From: a virus
Length of the DNA stretch: 38,138 nucleotides
Strand: one strand, 5' to 3'
Virus record (IMG/VR): IMGVR_UViG_3300027895_000005
Span: 1 to 38,138 of that record
Every line of letters starts with the position of its first letter. Positions within the stretch are counted from its first letter, which is position 1. The notes below the pieces were generated by a model, which saw only the letters and a list, made by a program, of their open reading frames with translations, did not search any database and was not told where the DNA came from. A program made the translations under genes and the position numbers. Shown here piece after piece: positions 1-7,668 of this stretch.

Positions 1-150
1 GTCGTCAGCAACGTCTTTCGCCCTGACGTCCACGGCGATGACGGACAGTTGGGCGTTCTGCGTCTCGAGCAGGACGTTCGTTGTCTTGAGTTCCGCGAGG
101 ATCTGTCCGAGGATCGTTTCCGCATTCAGGTCTTCGACGTCGGCCGGCAT
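1..150 (-). CDS. Hypothetical protein, 5' part (runs off window): MPADVEDLNAETILGQILAELKTTNVLLETQNAQLSVIAVDVRAKDVADD...
   Basis: Translated by hand. ATG at 150 is preceded by GAGGAG, directly after the S53 stop, and the frame is open to the window edge. Confidence 0.75.
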   Translation of the reverse strand, partial: MPADVEDLNAETILGQILAELKTTNVLLETQNAQLSVIAVDVRAKDVADD

Positions 151-163
151 GGTTTCTCCTCAC

Positions 164-1666
164 TCAGGGTGTCGCCGTTACGGGCGTCGGCAACGTCACC
201 CCCAACGCCGCAAGGATCGCCTGCACCGCCGGACCGGCAGAGACGATCAGCGCCGCCAGACCCGCCCAGTTCTTCTGACCCGCGAGCGCGATCACCTGGA
301 GCACCAGCGGGTAGTCTTGCGCCAGCAGTCCAGCCAGGACCGGCCAGTTGACCGTGTGCGGCGACAGTCCGGCCGACTTCATGACCGAGTGCATCGCGTG
401 GAACTCTTCCTCAACTTCCACGACGGACGCACCGGGCGCCGGTTCGGAGACAACCCCATAGGTCCCAGCGGGAATCGCGACGGGGGCGGCGAAGGTCACG
501 CGGGTGCCTTTGCTGATCGCACGGGCGAATTTCAGGTGAAACAGGTCCGTCGAGACGGGAGGCGGCGGAGGGGGAGGCGGTGGAGGCGGGGACGCCGTCC
601 CTGACAGCACGGCAAAGAGTGTCGCCAGCGGCCGGCCAAGCCCGCTGCACGGGTCAGGTCCCACAGTGGCGCTGTACGCGCCGTTGTTGCCGTTGGTGAC
701 GTCGTAGAACGACTTCGGGTTGGCCCACAACAGCGGGTTGACCGCTGCGAGTACGGGAAGGCCAGCCTTGACGCGTGCCCCGTTGACCGCACCCAGAAAG
801 CCGGCCATCATCGGTGCCACGGCCGACGTCCCGCCGATGACCTGCCATGTGCCGTTGATGACGACGTTGTGCCCCGTGTTGGGGTCGGCGTTCATCGCCA
901 TGTCGGGAACCATCCTCCCGCTGCCCTGGCTGTTGGCCGGCTGCCACGAGGGAGCGGGAACCAGCCTGGAGAACCCCCCTCCCGTGCCTTCACCGTCGCC
1001 GTTGTTCCATACCGTTTCGAGGCCGCCAACCGGCAACGAGGTTCCACCGCAACCGACGACGCCCCCTCTGCTTGCCGGACAATCCACGGTCGGCGCGTTC
1101 TCCCCGTCTCCGGAGTCGTTATCCCCCGACGCGGCGCAGATCGGGTAAGGCGCTGCGACCACGGCCATGTCAAGCGCGGTCAGGTCGCCTGCGTCCCACT
1201 GAGGCTCGCCCGAACCCCAGGACCATGAACCAGCGAAGACCCCACCCAGAGAGGTAGCGTAATTGATGCAGTCCGCGAACGCCGCCCCGCTGTTGGGTCC
1301 GTAGACGATCAGGATCTTCGCTGCCGTCCCGGAAATGTAGCTCCAGAACTCAGCGGCCTTCTGCCAATCCAATCCTACTTCGCCGTCCGCGTCCGACGGA
1401 GAGTCGTCGGCGCCCGCGAGCAGGTGCGTGGTAATGATCGGCGCAGGCATGCCCGACTTCGTTGCCCACAAGGGCACGTCAGAGGGGTAGAAACGGCCCC
1501 CTAACTCGAACAGAACAATCGTCCCTTCGCTGACCGGAATCCCCACCGGCATACCATAAACGGCCGGCATCTGCCCCGGCTCGTAGTTCTGCGATGCGGC
1601 GCGCGGACGGCGTATCTTGGAGTCGATGCGGCGAATATGCGACTTTGCGAATGGTTTGAGGGTCAT
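164..1666 (-). CDS. S53 family (kumamolisin/sedolisin-like) serine-carboxyl peptidase with poly-Pro linker and hydrophobic C-terminal extension
   Basis: Motifs DGEVGLD (catalytic Glu/Asp), SWG, AASGD (oxyanion Asp), PASRGGVVGCGGT, GGGFS, RMVPDMAMNADP, GGTSAVAP (catalytic Ser) and FYDVTNGNNG..GPDPCSGLG (Ca site). Start at 1666 chosen from the TAATG overlap with the upstream ORF. Confidence 0.92.
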   Translation of the reverse strand: MTLKPFAKSHIRRIDSKIRRPRAASQNYEPGQMPAVYGMPVGIPVSEGTIVLFELGGRFYPSDVPLWATKSGMPAPIITTHLLAGADDSPSDADGEVGLDWQKAAEFWSYISGTAAKILIVYGPNSGAAFADCINYATSLGGVFAGSWSWGSGEPQWDAGDLTALDMAVVAAPYPICAASGDNDSGDGENAPTVDCPASRGGVVGCGGTSLPVGGLETVWNNGDGEGTGGGFSRLVPAPSWQPANSQGSGRMVPDMAMNADPNTGHNVVINGTWQVIGGTSAVAPMMAGFLGAVNGARVKAGLPVLAAVNPLLWANPKSFYDVTNGNNGAYSATVGPDPCSGLGRPLATLFAVLSGTASPPPPPPPPPPPVSTDLFHLKFARAISKGTRVTFAAPVAIPAGTYGVVSEPAPGASVVEVEEEFHAMHSVMKSAGLSPHTVNWPVLAGLLAQDYPLVLQVIALAGQKNWAGLAALIVSAGPAVQAILAALGVTLPTPVTATP

Positions 1667-1827
1667 TATTTCCCCATTGTTGTTACTGTTCCATCGGGCA
1701 TGACCACGCACGTCTGCCCGTTTTTCAGCATCTTCACCGGACCGCCCAGCACAACCGGGACCGGCACGGCCACTTCCCAGCCCTGCGTCTGGAGTTCGAC
1801 GATCTTGTCCGCCTGGACCTTGCTCAC
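1666..1827 (-). CDS. Small hypothetical protein (~53 aa)
   Basis: Fills the gap in the operon, its stop overlaps the S53 start, and a GTG start is likely. Confidence 0.6.
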   Translation of the reverse strand: MSKVQADKIVELQTQGWEVAVPVPVVLGGPVKMLKNGQTCVVMPDGTVTTMGK

Positions 1828-1843
1828 TTCTTCACCGCCGTGT

Positions 1844-2461
1844 TCAGTGCGCCTTGAAAGCAAACATCGCTATCGCCATCGCGACGGCCGCCAGCATACC
1901 GACGACGCCAATCAGCATTCCCCAGGCGTCCCCGGCACCCTTGCCTCTGCTCTCATAGGCGGTCATCCGTTGCTCGATGGTTCCCGTCCTCTCCTTCTGG
2001 TCGTCGATCTTGCCAACCAGGGCGTCCGTCTTGGCCTGTACAAGGTCCTGGAGCTTGACGATAGTTTCCGTGGTGGATTTCTCGCTCTTGTCGATGGCCT
2101 TCGCGTTGCTCTCGTCCTGCTTGGCGGCGGCTTCCTTCTGGGCGGCGAAGGCGGCGTCAACGGCAACCTTGTTGTCTCTGCTCTCGCGCTCGCTGCGAGT
2201 GTCCCGCTCCAGGAACTGCTTGGCAACGCTGTTGAATTTCTCCTCGTGAACCCTTCGCAACGTCTCTATCTTCTCATCAACGAGTCTGGGCAAGTTGCCC
2301 AACTGTTCGCGCTGGAGTTCGTTAGCTTTGTCCATGCCGTTGATGCGCGTCTCGATGAACTCCTTCAACATTGCTACTTCACGCAAGAGCGCTCTTGTCG
2401 TTAATTCCGTGGGGTCTGGGACCGGCACGGACCCGGTAGACAGCTTGTGTTCTTCCGGCAT
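1844..2461 (-). CDS. Coiled-coil protein with C-terminal transmembrane helix (lysis-module membrane protein)
   Basis: GAGGAG RBS before MPEEHK, a charged heptad-like body, and C-terminal WGMLIGVVGMLAAVAMAIAMFAF. Confidence 0.8.
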   Translation of the reverse strand: MPEEHKLSTGSVPVPDPTELTTRALLREVAMLKEFIETRINGMDKANELQREQLGNLPRLVDEKIETLRRVHEEKFNSVAKQFLERDTRSERESRDNKVAVDAAFAAQKEAAAKQDESNAKAIDKSEKSTTETIVKLQDLVQAKTDALVGKIDDQKERTGTIEQRMTAYESRGKGAGDAWGMLIGVVGMLAAVAMAIAMFAFKAH

Positions 2462-2469
2462 TTTTCTCC

Positions 2470-2706
2470 TCATGCACCGTCCTTCGGCCTCTGACGTTCC
2501 TTCTCCATCTCCTGAATCATCCGTTCCTCGAAAGCTACTCTTCTCGGCACCTCCGCAAGGGACGCCCTCACGGCGTCAATGGCCTTCTCCAGTACGTCCA
2601 GCCGTCTCTCGGCTTCCCTGGACCGCCGGTTGGCCCTAGACGACAGCCAGACAGCCGCAATGACGCACGCGGCGCTGGCGACGGCGAGCAGGAGCGCCTG
2701 GTCCAC
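2470..2706 (-). CDS. Small protein with N-terminal TM helix and coiled coil
   Basis: LLLAVASAACVIAAVWL followed by a charged helix. GTG start with a GGCAGGT/GAGG-like upstream sequence. Confidence 0.65.
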   Translation of the reverse strand: MDQALLLAVASAACVIAAVWLSSRANRRSREAERRLDVLEKAIDAVRASLAEVPRRVAFEERMIQEMEKERQRPKDGA

Positions 2707-2713
2707 ACCTGCC

Positions 2714-2881
2714 TCACTGCAACGGCGCGCCGAACAGTTTCCAGCCCAGCAAGCCGAGCAGGACGAACAGCATCAAGTTGCCGCCCAGCATGCCGTAGTT
2801 GCCGCCGGCCACTTCGGCGCGGTTCCAGTACAGGCCGAAGAAAAACCACAACAGCATAATAACCCAGAACAAAATTCCCAT
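2714..2881 (-). CDS. 55-aa two-TM membrane protein (holin-like), absent from the ORF track
   Basis: Translated by hand: MGILFWVIMLLWFFFGLYWNRAEVAGGNYGMLGGNLMLFVLLGLLGWKLFGAPLQ. AAGGAAGG lies upstream. Confidence 0.8.
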   Translation of the reverse strand: MGILFWVIMLLWFFFGLYWNRAEVAGGNYGMLGGNLMLFVLLGLLGWKLFGAPLQ

Positions 2882-2914
2882 AGGCAGATGGATACCCTTC
2901 CTTTCACGAATAGT

Positions 2915-3319
2915 TTACGTGGGCGTTTGCTCGCTCTCTCCTGGTCTCATCTGGCTCTGCTGCCGCGGCCCCCTGCGGTTGGTTTCCGGAATGTTGTAAC
3001 GGCAGACGGTGCTCAGCTTCGCCAGGATCTCTTCCTTAGCCTTGTTCGCCGTCTCGTGCGTCTCGTCAATGGCGTCGGTCATTCTGGTAGTGGCCTGGTG
3101 GCGCAACTCCCTCTCGATGTCGCGCTCCTTGTGGCTGGCGTCCCACTGCTTTTCCACCAGCGCCATCTGCTGCTTCATGGCCGCTATCAGGTTGTCGCGG
3201 ATGGGGATGACCAGTTCCCGACCGATCCAGACCACCATTCTCCAGAGCCCGTACCCTCCCGCCACGATGATCATGCTTGCCAGGCCGAAAGTTTGTAAAA
3301 GGTTCGTCCAAACTTCCAT
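2915..3319 (-). CDS. Membrane protein with N-terminal TM helix and coiled coil (holin/lysis-associated candidate)
   Basis: LLQTFGLASMIIVAGGYGLWRMVVWIG followed by a helical charged tail. The start is uncertain (3319 or 3403). Confidence 0.7.
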   Translation of the reverse strand: MEVWTNLLQTFGLASMIIVAGGYGLWRMVVWIGRELVIPIRDNLIAAMKQQMALVEKQWDASHKERDIERELRHQATTRMTDAIDETHETANKAKEEILAKLSTVCRYNIPETNRRGPRQQSQMRPGESEQTPT

Positions 3320-3444
3320 CTCCGCCCCTAATTGCTCCGGATTCCGCAGAAACGCCAGCGCCGCCGTGACTCCGTTCGTGGGAGCCGTTTGAAGTTGGCC
3401 CATCGCCTCGGAGAGGATAAGCGAATGGTCACGCGGCAGACAAA

Positions 3445-3747
3445 TCAAGGGACCGCCTGCACGTTGAACTGGACGGCCGGCATCGTCTCTTGCACCCCGG
3501 ACAGCACGGCATTCCACCACCTGTACCACACGCCTGGAACCGACAGGTCGCTTGTCGTGCAGGTGTAGACCGCTGAGAGACCGCCGGGTTGCACCGTCGC
3601 CGAGAAGGAGATGGGGACGGCGCCGGGAGTCGGCGAGAGCAGGTAGAACGTCACCGTCGCACCCGTGAGGTTCCACACCGCGCCGTCCAGGGTGGGGGCA
3701 TACGTGAAGGCTTTCGTGTTGCCAACCATGAAAGTTTCAGCGGCCAT
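3445..3747 (-). CDS. Ig-like beta-sandwich virion protein (BppU N-terminal-like)
   Basis: GGGAGG RBS. NLTGATVTFYL...AVYTCTTSDLSVPGVW resembles the phage DLTGATV..F / Y.....DL...G.W pattern. Confidence 0.65.
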   Translation of the reverse strand: MAAETFMVGNTKAFTYAPTLDGAVWNLTGATVTFYLLSPTPGAVPISFSATVQPGGLSAVYTCTTSDLSVPGVWYRWWNAVLSGVQETMPAVQFNVQAVP

Positions 3748-3797
3748 GTCAGCCTCCCGGATAGAATATCTATCGCCCCATTCCTGAGAGGATTCCC

Positions 3798-3986
3798 ATG
3801 TCATCCCCGGATGAAGAATGGCCCGACTGTTCGGACGCCGTTATCACCACCTGCTGCCGATGCGGCAAGGAACGGCACTGCTGCCTTGTGGGCGATCCAT
3901 TCCTGAGCGAGGTCTATCCGGACGAATCCAACGAGCCGGAATACTGCTGTCGGCCCTGTTTTATGGCCAGAAAAGGCGACATCTGA
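3798..3986 (+). CDS. Small zinc-finger-like protein (CCRC...CCRPC), opposite-strand moron
   Basis: GAGAGGA RBS, paired Cys motifs, and a TAGAAT -10-like hexamer at 3761-3766. Confidence 0.65.
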   Translation: MSSPDEEWPDCSDAVITTCCRCGKERHCCLVGDPFLSEVYPDESNEPEYCCRPCFMARKGDI

Positions 3987-4027
3987 CGATGCACCTCTCA
4001 GGCGATTTCGACCTTCTCACCCTTGCT

Positions 4028-4096
4028 GTAGGCCGGCGCGTCAAGGATGACGTAATTAAGAGCGGGCGCGTCGGTTACAGTCAAAACAAGGGGCGG
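4028..4096 (-). repeat. Degenerate duplicate of the 3' end of the 5025-6188 gene (other copy at 5028-5096)
   Basis: gtaggccggcgcgtc(a/g)aggatgacgtaattaagagc is shared and similarity continues for about 30 nt. The copy encodes LVLTVTDAPALNYVILDAPAY versus LDLTITDSPALNYVILDAPAY. Confidence 0.9.
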
Positions 4097-4176
4097 GAGC
4101 GATCACCGTCCAGTTGCCTGTAGAATCGATGACTGCGCTTCGGATGGTCATTGTCGCTCACCAGGGGTGGAGACGG

Positions 4177-5013
4177 TTAAGCCTGATTGAACAACCCGTC
4201 AACCGAGTCGAGGGTGAACGTGAACGTGTTCGCGGTCACGCTGTAGTTGCTGCCGTTGTTGAACAGGGAGATCAGCTTGTTGCCAGCAGTGGAATCATAG
4301 CAAACGCCGTATTGTCCGATGAACGTTGCGCTCGTCCACTGCGGACTGGTCGCCGTGACGGTAATCACGCTCTCCCCGGCACAGGTCCACGTTACCGTTC
4401 CGTCGGTGAACGAAACGCCGATAGTCGTGGACCACGTCGGTACGATGGTCGGCGAACCGCCGAACGTGCCGTTGCCGTTGACGAGCACCAGCGTTGCCGG
4501 GTTCATCAGGTTGTAAGTGGAACTGCTTTGCACCACGGCGAGGCTGGCCGCGTTCATGTTCGTGTTGCCGGTCACCGAGGCAATCGTGATCGCGTTACCC
4601 GTGGCCAGTCCGTGCGCCGCCGCCGTGACCACGATCGGTGAGGCGTTGGTTCCCACCGTGGGCGCGACCCCGCCGCCCGACGTCCCCGCCGAGACGCAAC
4701 GGTAGACGAACCCGTTGGGAGTGACGGGAATCACGATCTTGCCCACCGTGTAGGCCGTGTTCGCTGCCCACGTCGCGCTCCAGGAATTCGCCAGCGTCTT
4801 TGTCACCGTCACCCCGGACAGGGTGACGCCGCCCGCCGTGTAACCCGTCCCGGACACCTCGTTGGCGCTGATGTCCGAATAGACGCCGTCGTTGTCCTGG
4901 CTTGGCGTGTAACTCGACGTCAGCAGCATGAATTTCAGGGTGTCCGACGCGAAGTTGAACGACCCGTTCAAAACCGAGTTCTTCGCCTTGGTGTAGATGA
5001 ACGATGACGCCAT
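4177..5013 (-). CDS. Minor tail/fibre-associated protein with inserted carbohydrate-binding-like domains
   Basis: Phage-type N-terminus DTLKFMLLTSSYTP...NEVSGTGYTAGG, and an internal WAANTAYTVG...YRCVSAGTSG...TDGTVTWT module. Confidence 0.8.
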   Translation of the reverse strand: MASSFIYTKAKNSVLNGSFNFASDTLKFMLLTSSYTPSQDNDGVYSDISANEVSGTGYTAGGVTLSGVTVTKTLANSWSATWAANTAYTVGKIVIPVTPNGFVYRCVSAGTSGGGVAPTVGTNASPIVVTAAAHGLATGNAITIASVTGNTNMNAASLAVVQSSSTYNLMNPATLVLVNGNGTFGGSPTIVPTWSTTIGVSFTDGTVTWTCAGESVITVTATSPQWTSATFIGQYGVCYDSTAGNKLISLFNNGSNYSVTANTFTFTLDSVDGLFNQA

Positions 5014-5024
5014 GATTTCACCCC

Positions 5025-6188
5025 TTAGTAGGCCGGCGCGTCGAGGATGACGTAATTAAGAGCAGGACTGTCAGTTATGGTCAAATCAAGGGACGGCGCA
5101 TCGACAACGGCGAAACTCAGGGCTGGCGCATCGGTCACGGCGAAGGTCAACGCGGGCGCGTCAACGATGGTCAAGTTCAGCGCTGGCGCATCGAGCACCA
5201 CGGGTGCGTCGCTCGGTACGACGACCGTGGTCGTCTGGCCCGCACTCCACACCAGCCACGCCGCAAGGCCCGCAACGGACCCCGGCGCGGTCGGCACGCC
5301 CTGCCCGGCCTGGATCTGTAGCCACGCAGGCACGGCGGCAACCAGGGTGCCTGGAATGCTTGGGAAAGCCGGGCTTGCAGCCGCCTGCATGGCTGCAGGC
5401 GCTGCTGTCGCCGTTCCCGGGGCGGTTGGCGAGGTTCCAGACGCCGTGACGGTCATCGACGCCGATAGGGCGGTTGACGCCCCTGGCGCGGTTGCCGTCC
5501 CTGACGCCCCCGCCAGCGCAACCCACGCGGACAGCCCGGATGCGGCGCCAGGGGCCGTGGGCGTGCCGGCAGCGCCCGCCAGCGTCATCCATGCCGGCAA
5601 CCCGCTGGCCGCAGCCTGGATCGACACTGACGACGGACCTGAGGCAATGGCCATGCTTGGGGCAAGACCTGTCGCGGCGCCCGGAGCGTTCGGGACGCCC
5701 TGCGCGGCCGACACCGTCAGGGGGGCGGCGTTGGCCGTCGCCGTTCCCGGCGCTGTAGGGCTAAACGTCCCGCACGCCAGACTCTCCCACGCAGACAGCG
5801 CCGTTGCCGCAGCCTGGACCGAGAGGCTTGCCGGCCCCGTGGCGACCTGCATCCATGGCGCAAGGACTGTACTCGCTCCGGGGGCAGTCGGCGAGAACGT
5901 CCCCGTGGATATGCTCTGCCACGCGGCAACGGCACTTGCCGCCGCTGCAATGGAGACGCTTGCCGTGCCGGTCGAGAGGGTTCCCCACGCCGCAAGAGCC
6001 GTTGCCGCGCCCGGCGAGGTTGGCGTGGCGAGGGGCGAGGCGATCACGCAGAACGCGGCAAGGGCCGTGCTGGACCCCGGCGCGGTCGGGGTTGCCTGTG
6101 CGGCGGCGATGTTGCAAGACGCCGCCAGCGCAGCAACGCTCACGGGCGAAGTAGATGCATCTGTCCCGCTGTAGAGGATGAAGGGCAT
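5025..6188 (-). CDS. Ala/Thr/Pro-rich repeat virion protein (fibre-like)
   Basis: About 24-25-aa repeats PTAPGxA(T/S)xLxAW, plus about five C-terminal 10-aa DAPALxxxxx repeats. Coupled to its neighbours. Confidence 0.8.
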   Translation of the reverse strand: MPFILYSGTDASTSPVSVAALAASCNIAAAQATPTAPGSSTALAAFCVIASPLATPTSPGAATALAAWGTLSTGTASVSIAAAASAVAAWQSISTGTFSPTAPGASTVLAPWMQVATGPASLSVQAAATALSAWESLACGTFSPTAPGTATANAAPLTVSAAQGVPNAPGAATGLAPSMAIASGPSSVSIQAAASGLPAWMTLAGAAGTPTAPGAASGLSAWVALAGASGTATAPGASTALSASMTVTASGTSPTAPGTATAAPAAMQAAASPAFPSIPGTLVAAVPAWLQIQAGQGVPTAPGSVAGLAAWLVWSAGQTTTVVVPSDAPVVLDAPALNLTIVDAPALTFAVTDAPALSFAVVDAPSLDLTITDSPALNYVILDAPAY

Positions 6189-6189
6189 G

Positions 6190-6498
6190 TCAGGTTGTCT
6201 GGATATTGATGGTCAGGTCGGCCCAGGGCTTCGGCGAGGTCTGGGAGATGAACTGGATGCCGATGTTGTTGCCGGTCATCTCCGTGCTGGTGAGCGCCAG
6301 CAACACCCATACCGACGACGCAGGCGACACCGTCGGCAGGGTGTTGATGTTGGCCAGCGCGCCGCCGTCCTGCATGACCTTGACGTCGCCCACGTTCAGC
6401 GTCGGGTTAACCTTGAAACTGCCGGGGTTGGCCGTGTCTTGCAAGCACACCTGCCCGGTCCAGGCCTGGGCTTTCACCGGCGGATTGTAGAGTCCCAT
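6190..6498 (-). CDS. Small beta-rich virion protein
   Basis: NPTLNVGDVKVMQDGGALANINTLPTVSP..LALTSTEM pattern seen in phage tail regions. GGGAG RBS. Confidence 0.75.
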   Translation of the reverse strand: MGLYNPPVKAQAWTGQVCLQDTANPGSFKVNPTLNVGDVKVMQDGGALANINTLPTVSPASSVWVLLALTSTEMTGNNIGIQFISQTSPKPWADLTINIQTT

Positions 6499-6507
6499 TG
6501 TCGCTCC

Positions 6508-7665
6508 CTAAAAACTGATGATCGCTGCGAAGCCGGGGGAGGATGTTCCACTGGCCCCGCCGCTGCCCGTGTTCGTGCTGGCGTTCCTTGCCCTGCCGCC
6601 TCCACCGCCGCTGCCACCGCCGAAAAAACCCACGCCTGCAGTGGTGCCTCCCGCACCTCCCGCCGTGGCGCTCGCGTCGCTGCCCCCGCCGCCTGCGCCG
6701 CCTGCGCTGCCAGTAGTGCATGCACCGCCTTGCCCGCCGCCAACCGCGCCGCCACTGTTCCCGCCGGTTCCCGTCGAGAAGTCGTTGGCGCCTGACCCTC
6801 CTATTCCTTGAGCCGAGTCCGACGTTGCCCCGCCGCCGCCGCCGCCGCCTGAACCACCTGCGTTCGTGCAAGCTGCGCCGCTCCCTCCTGTTGTGGAACT
6901 GCTCGTGCCTGCACCTCCTGCGCCTCCGACCACGTCTCCGGTTCCACCAGTTCCACCAGTTCCGGTCTGCGTTCCCGTTCCTTGTACGCCAGCACCACCT
7001 CCACCTCCACCGCCTGCCGTCAACCCGGCAAACGTGGTGTTATTGGCAGAGTGGCCGGCTGTGCCGTTTGTGTCGGCCGTGGATGCGCCTGCCACGTTCG
7101 AGACGGCTGCAGCTATCACCACGCTGCCTGTGGACAACCCACTGAGAAGCGCCACCCTGGTTATCAATCCCCCTCCACCGCCGCCCCCGCCGCCGGATGC
7201 TTGATTTCCCAGGATAGTCACCTTGGCCCCGCCGCCGCCGCTGCCTCCACCGCCAACGAGGGTTATGCTGGCCCACCTCTTCGGCAGTCCTGGATTGGTC
7301 CAGGTTCTCGTGGCAGGGTTGGTGTAGATCTCCACGTTTGCCGTCTCGAACACCACCGGTCCACTGTCGAAGCTGAACAGCATGGCGAACATGGTGATCC
7401 AGTCGTAGCCAACGGGAACCGCCATCGTGTCGTCGTCGATGCGCAACCAGCCCAGCACGTCCCGGTACTTCTCCGGGATCATGGACACGAGCCTGTCGAG
7501 GTGCGGCCATTCGCCCCGCTTCAAGAGCCTGTTGTCCAGCCGGCGAAAACCGTGGATGAACAGCCGCTCGGGATCGAGTTCCCTCACGGTCGGTCCCAGC
7601 AGGTCGATGATGTCGCACCGCCTGACCTTGCCGCTCGGGAGTTTGCTCAGCAGCGCCGCAACCAT
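6508..7665 (-). CDS. Glycine-rich tail fibre/spike-like protein
   Basis: ITLVGGGGSGGGG...SGGGGGGGG...GGAGG repeats ending in PGFAAIISF, typical of phage Gly-rich domains. Confidence 0.8.
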   Translation of the reverse strand: MVAALLSKLPSGKVRRCDIIDLLGPTVRELDPERLFIHGFRRLDNRLLKRGEWPHLDRLVSMIPEKYRDVLGWLRIDDDTMAVPVGYDWITMFAMLFSFDSGPVVFETANVEIYTNPATRTWTNPGLPKRWASITLVGGGGSGGGGAKVTILGNQASGGGGGGGGGLITRVALLSGLSTGSVVIAAAVSNVAGASTADTNGTAGHSANNTTFAGLTAGGGGGGGAGVQGTGTQTGTGGTGGTGDVVGGAGGAGTSSSTTGGSGAACTNAGGSGGGGGGGATSDSAQGIGGSGANDFSTGTGGNSGGAVGGGQGGACTTGSAGGAGGGGSDASATAGGAGGTTAGVGFFGGGSGGGGGRARNASTNTGSGGASGTSSPGFAAIISF

Positions 7666-7668
7666 GAT

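Noticed and set aside
4028-5096. Repeat pair as a diversity-generating retroelement TR/VR
   Set aside because: Mismatches are not confined to adenines of one copy on either strand, and no reverse transcriptase is in the window.
6590-7255. GCC/CCG-rich tracts as DNA-level tandem repeats or CRISPR
   Set aside because: They are explained by poly-Gly codons. No repeat-spacer periodicity or cas genes are seen anywhere in the window.
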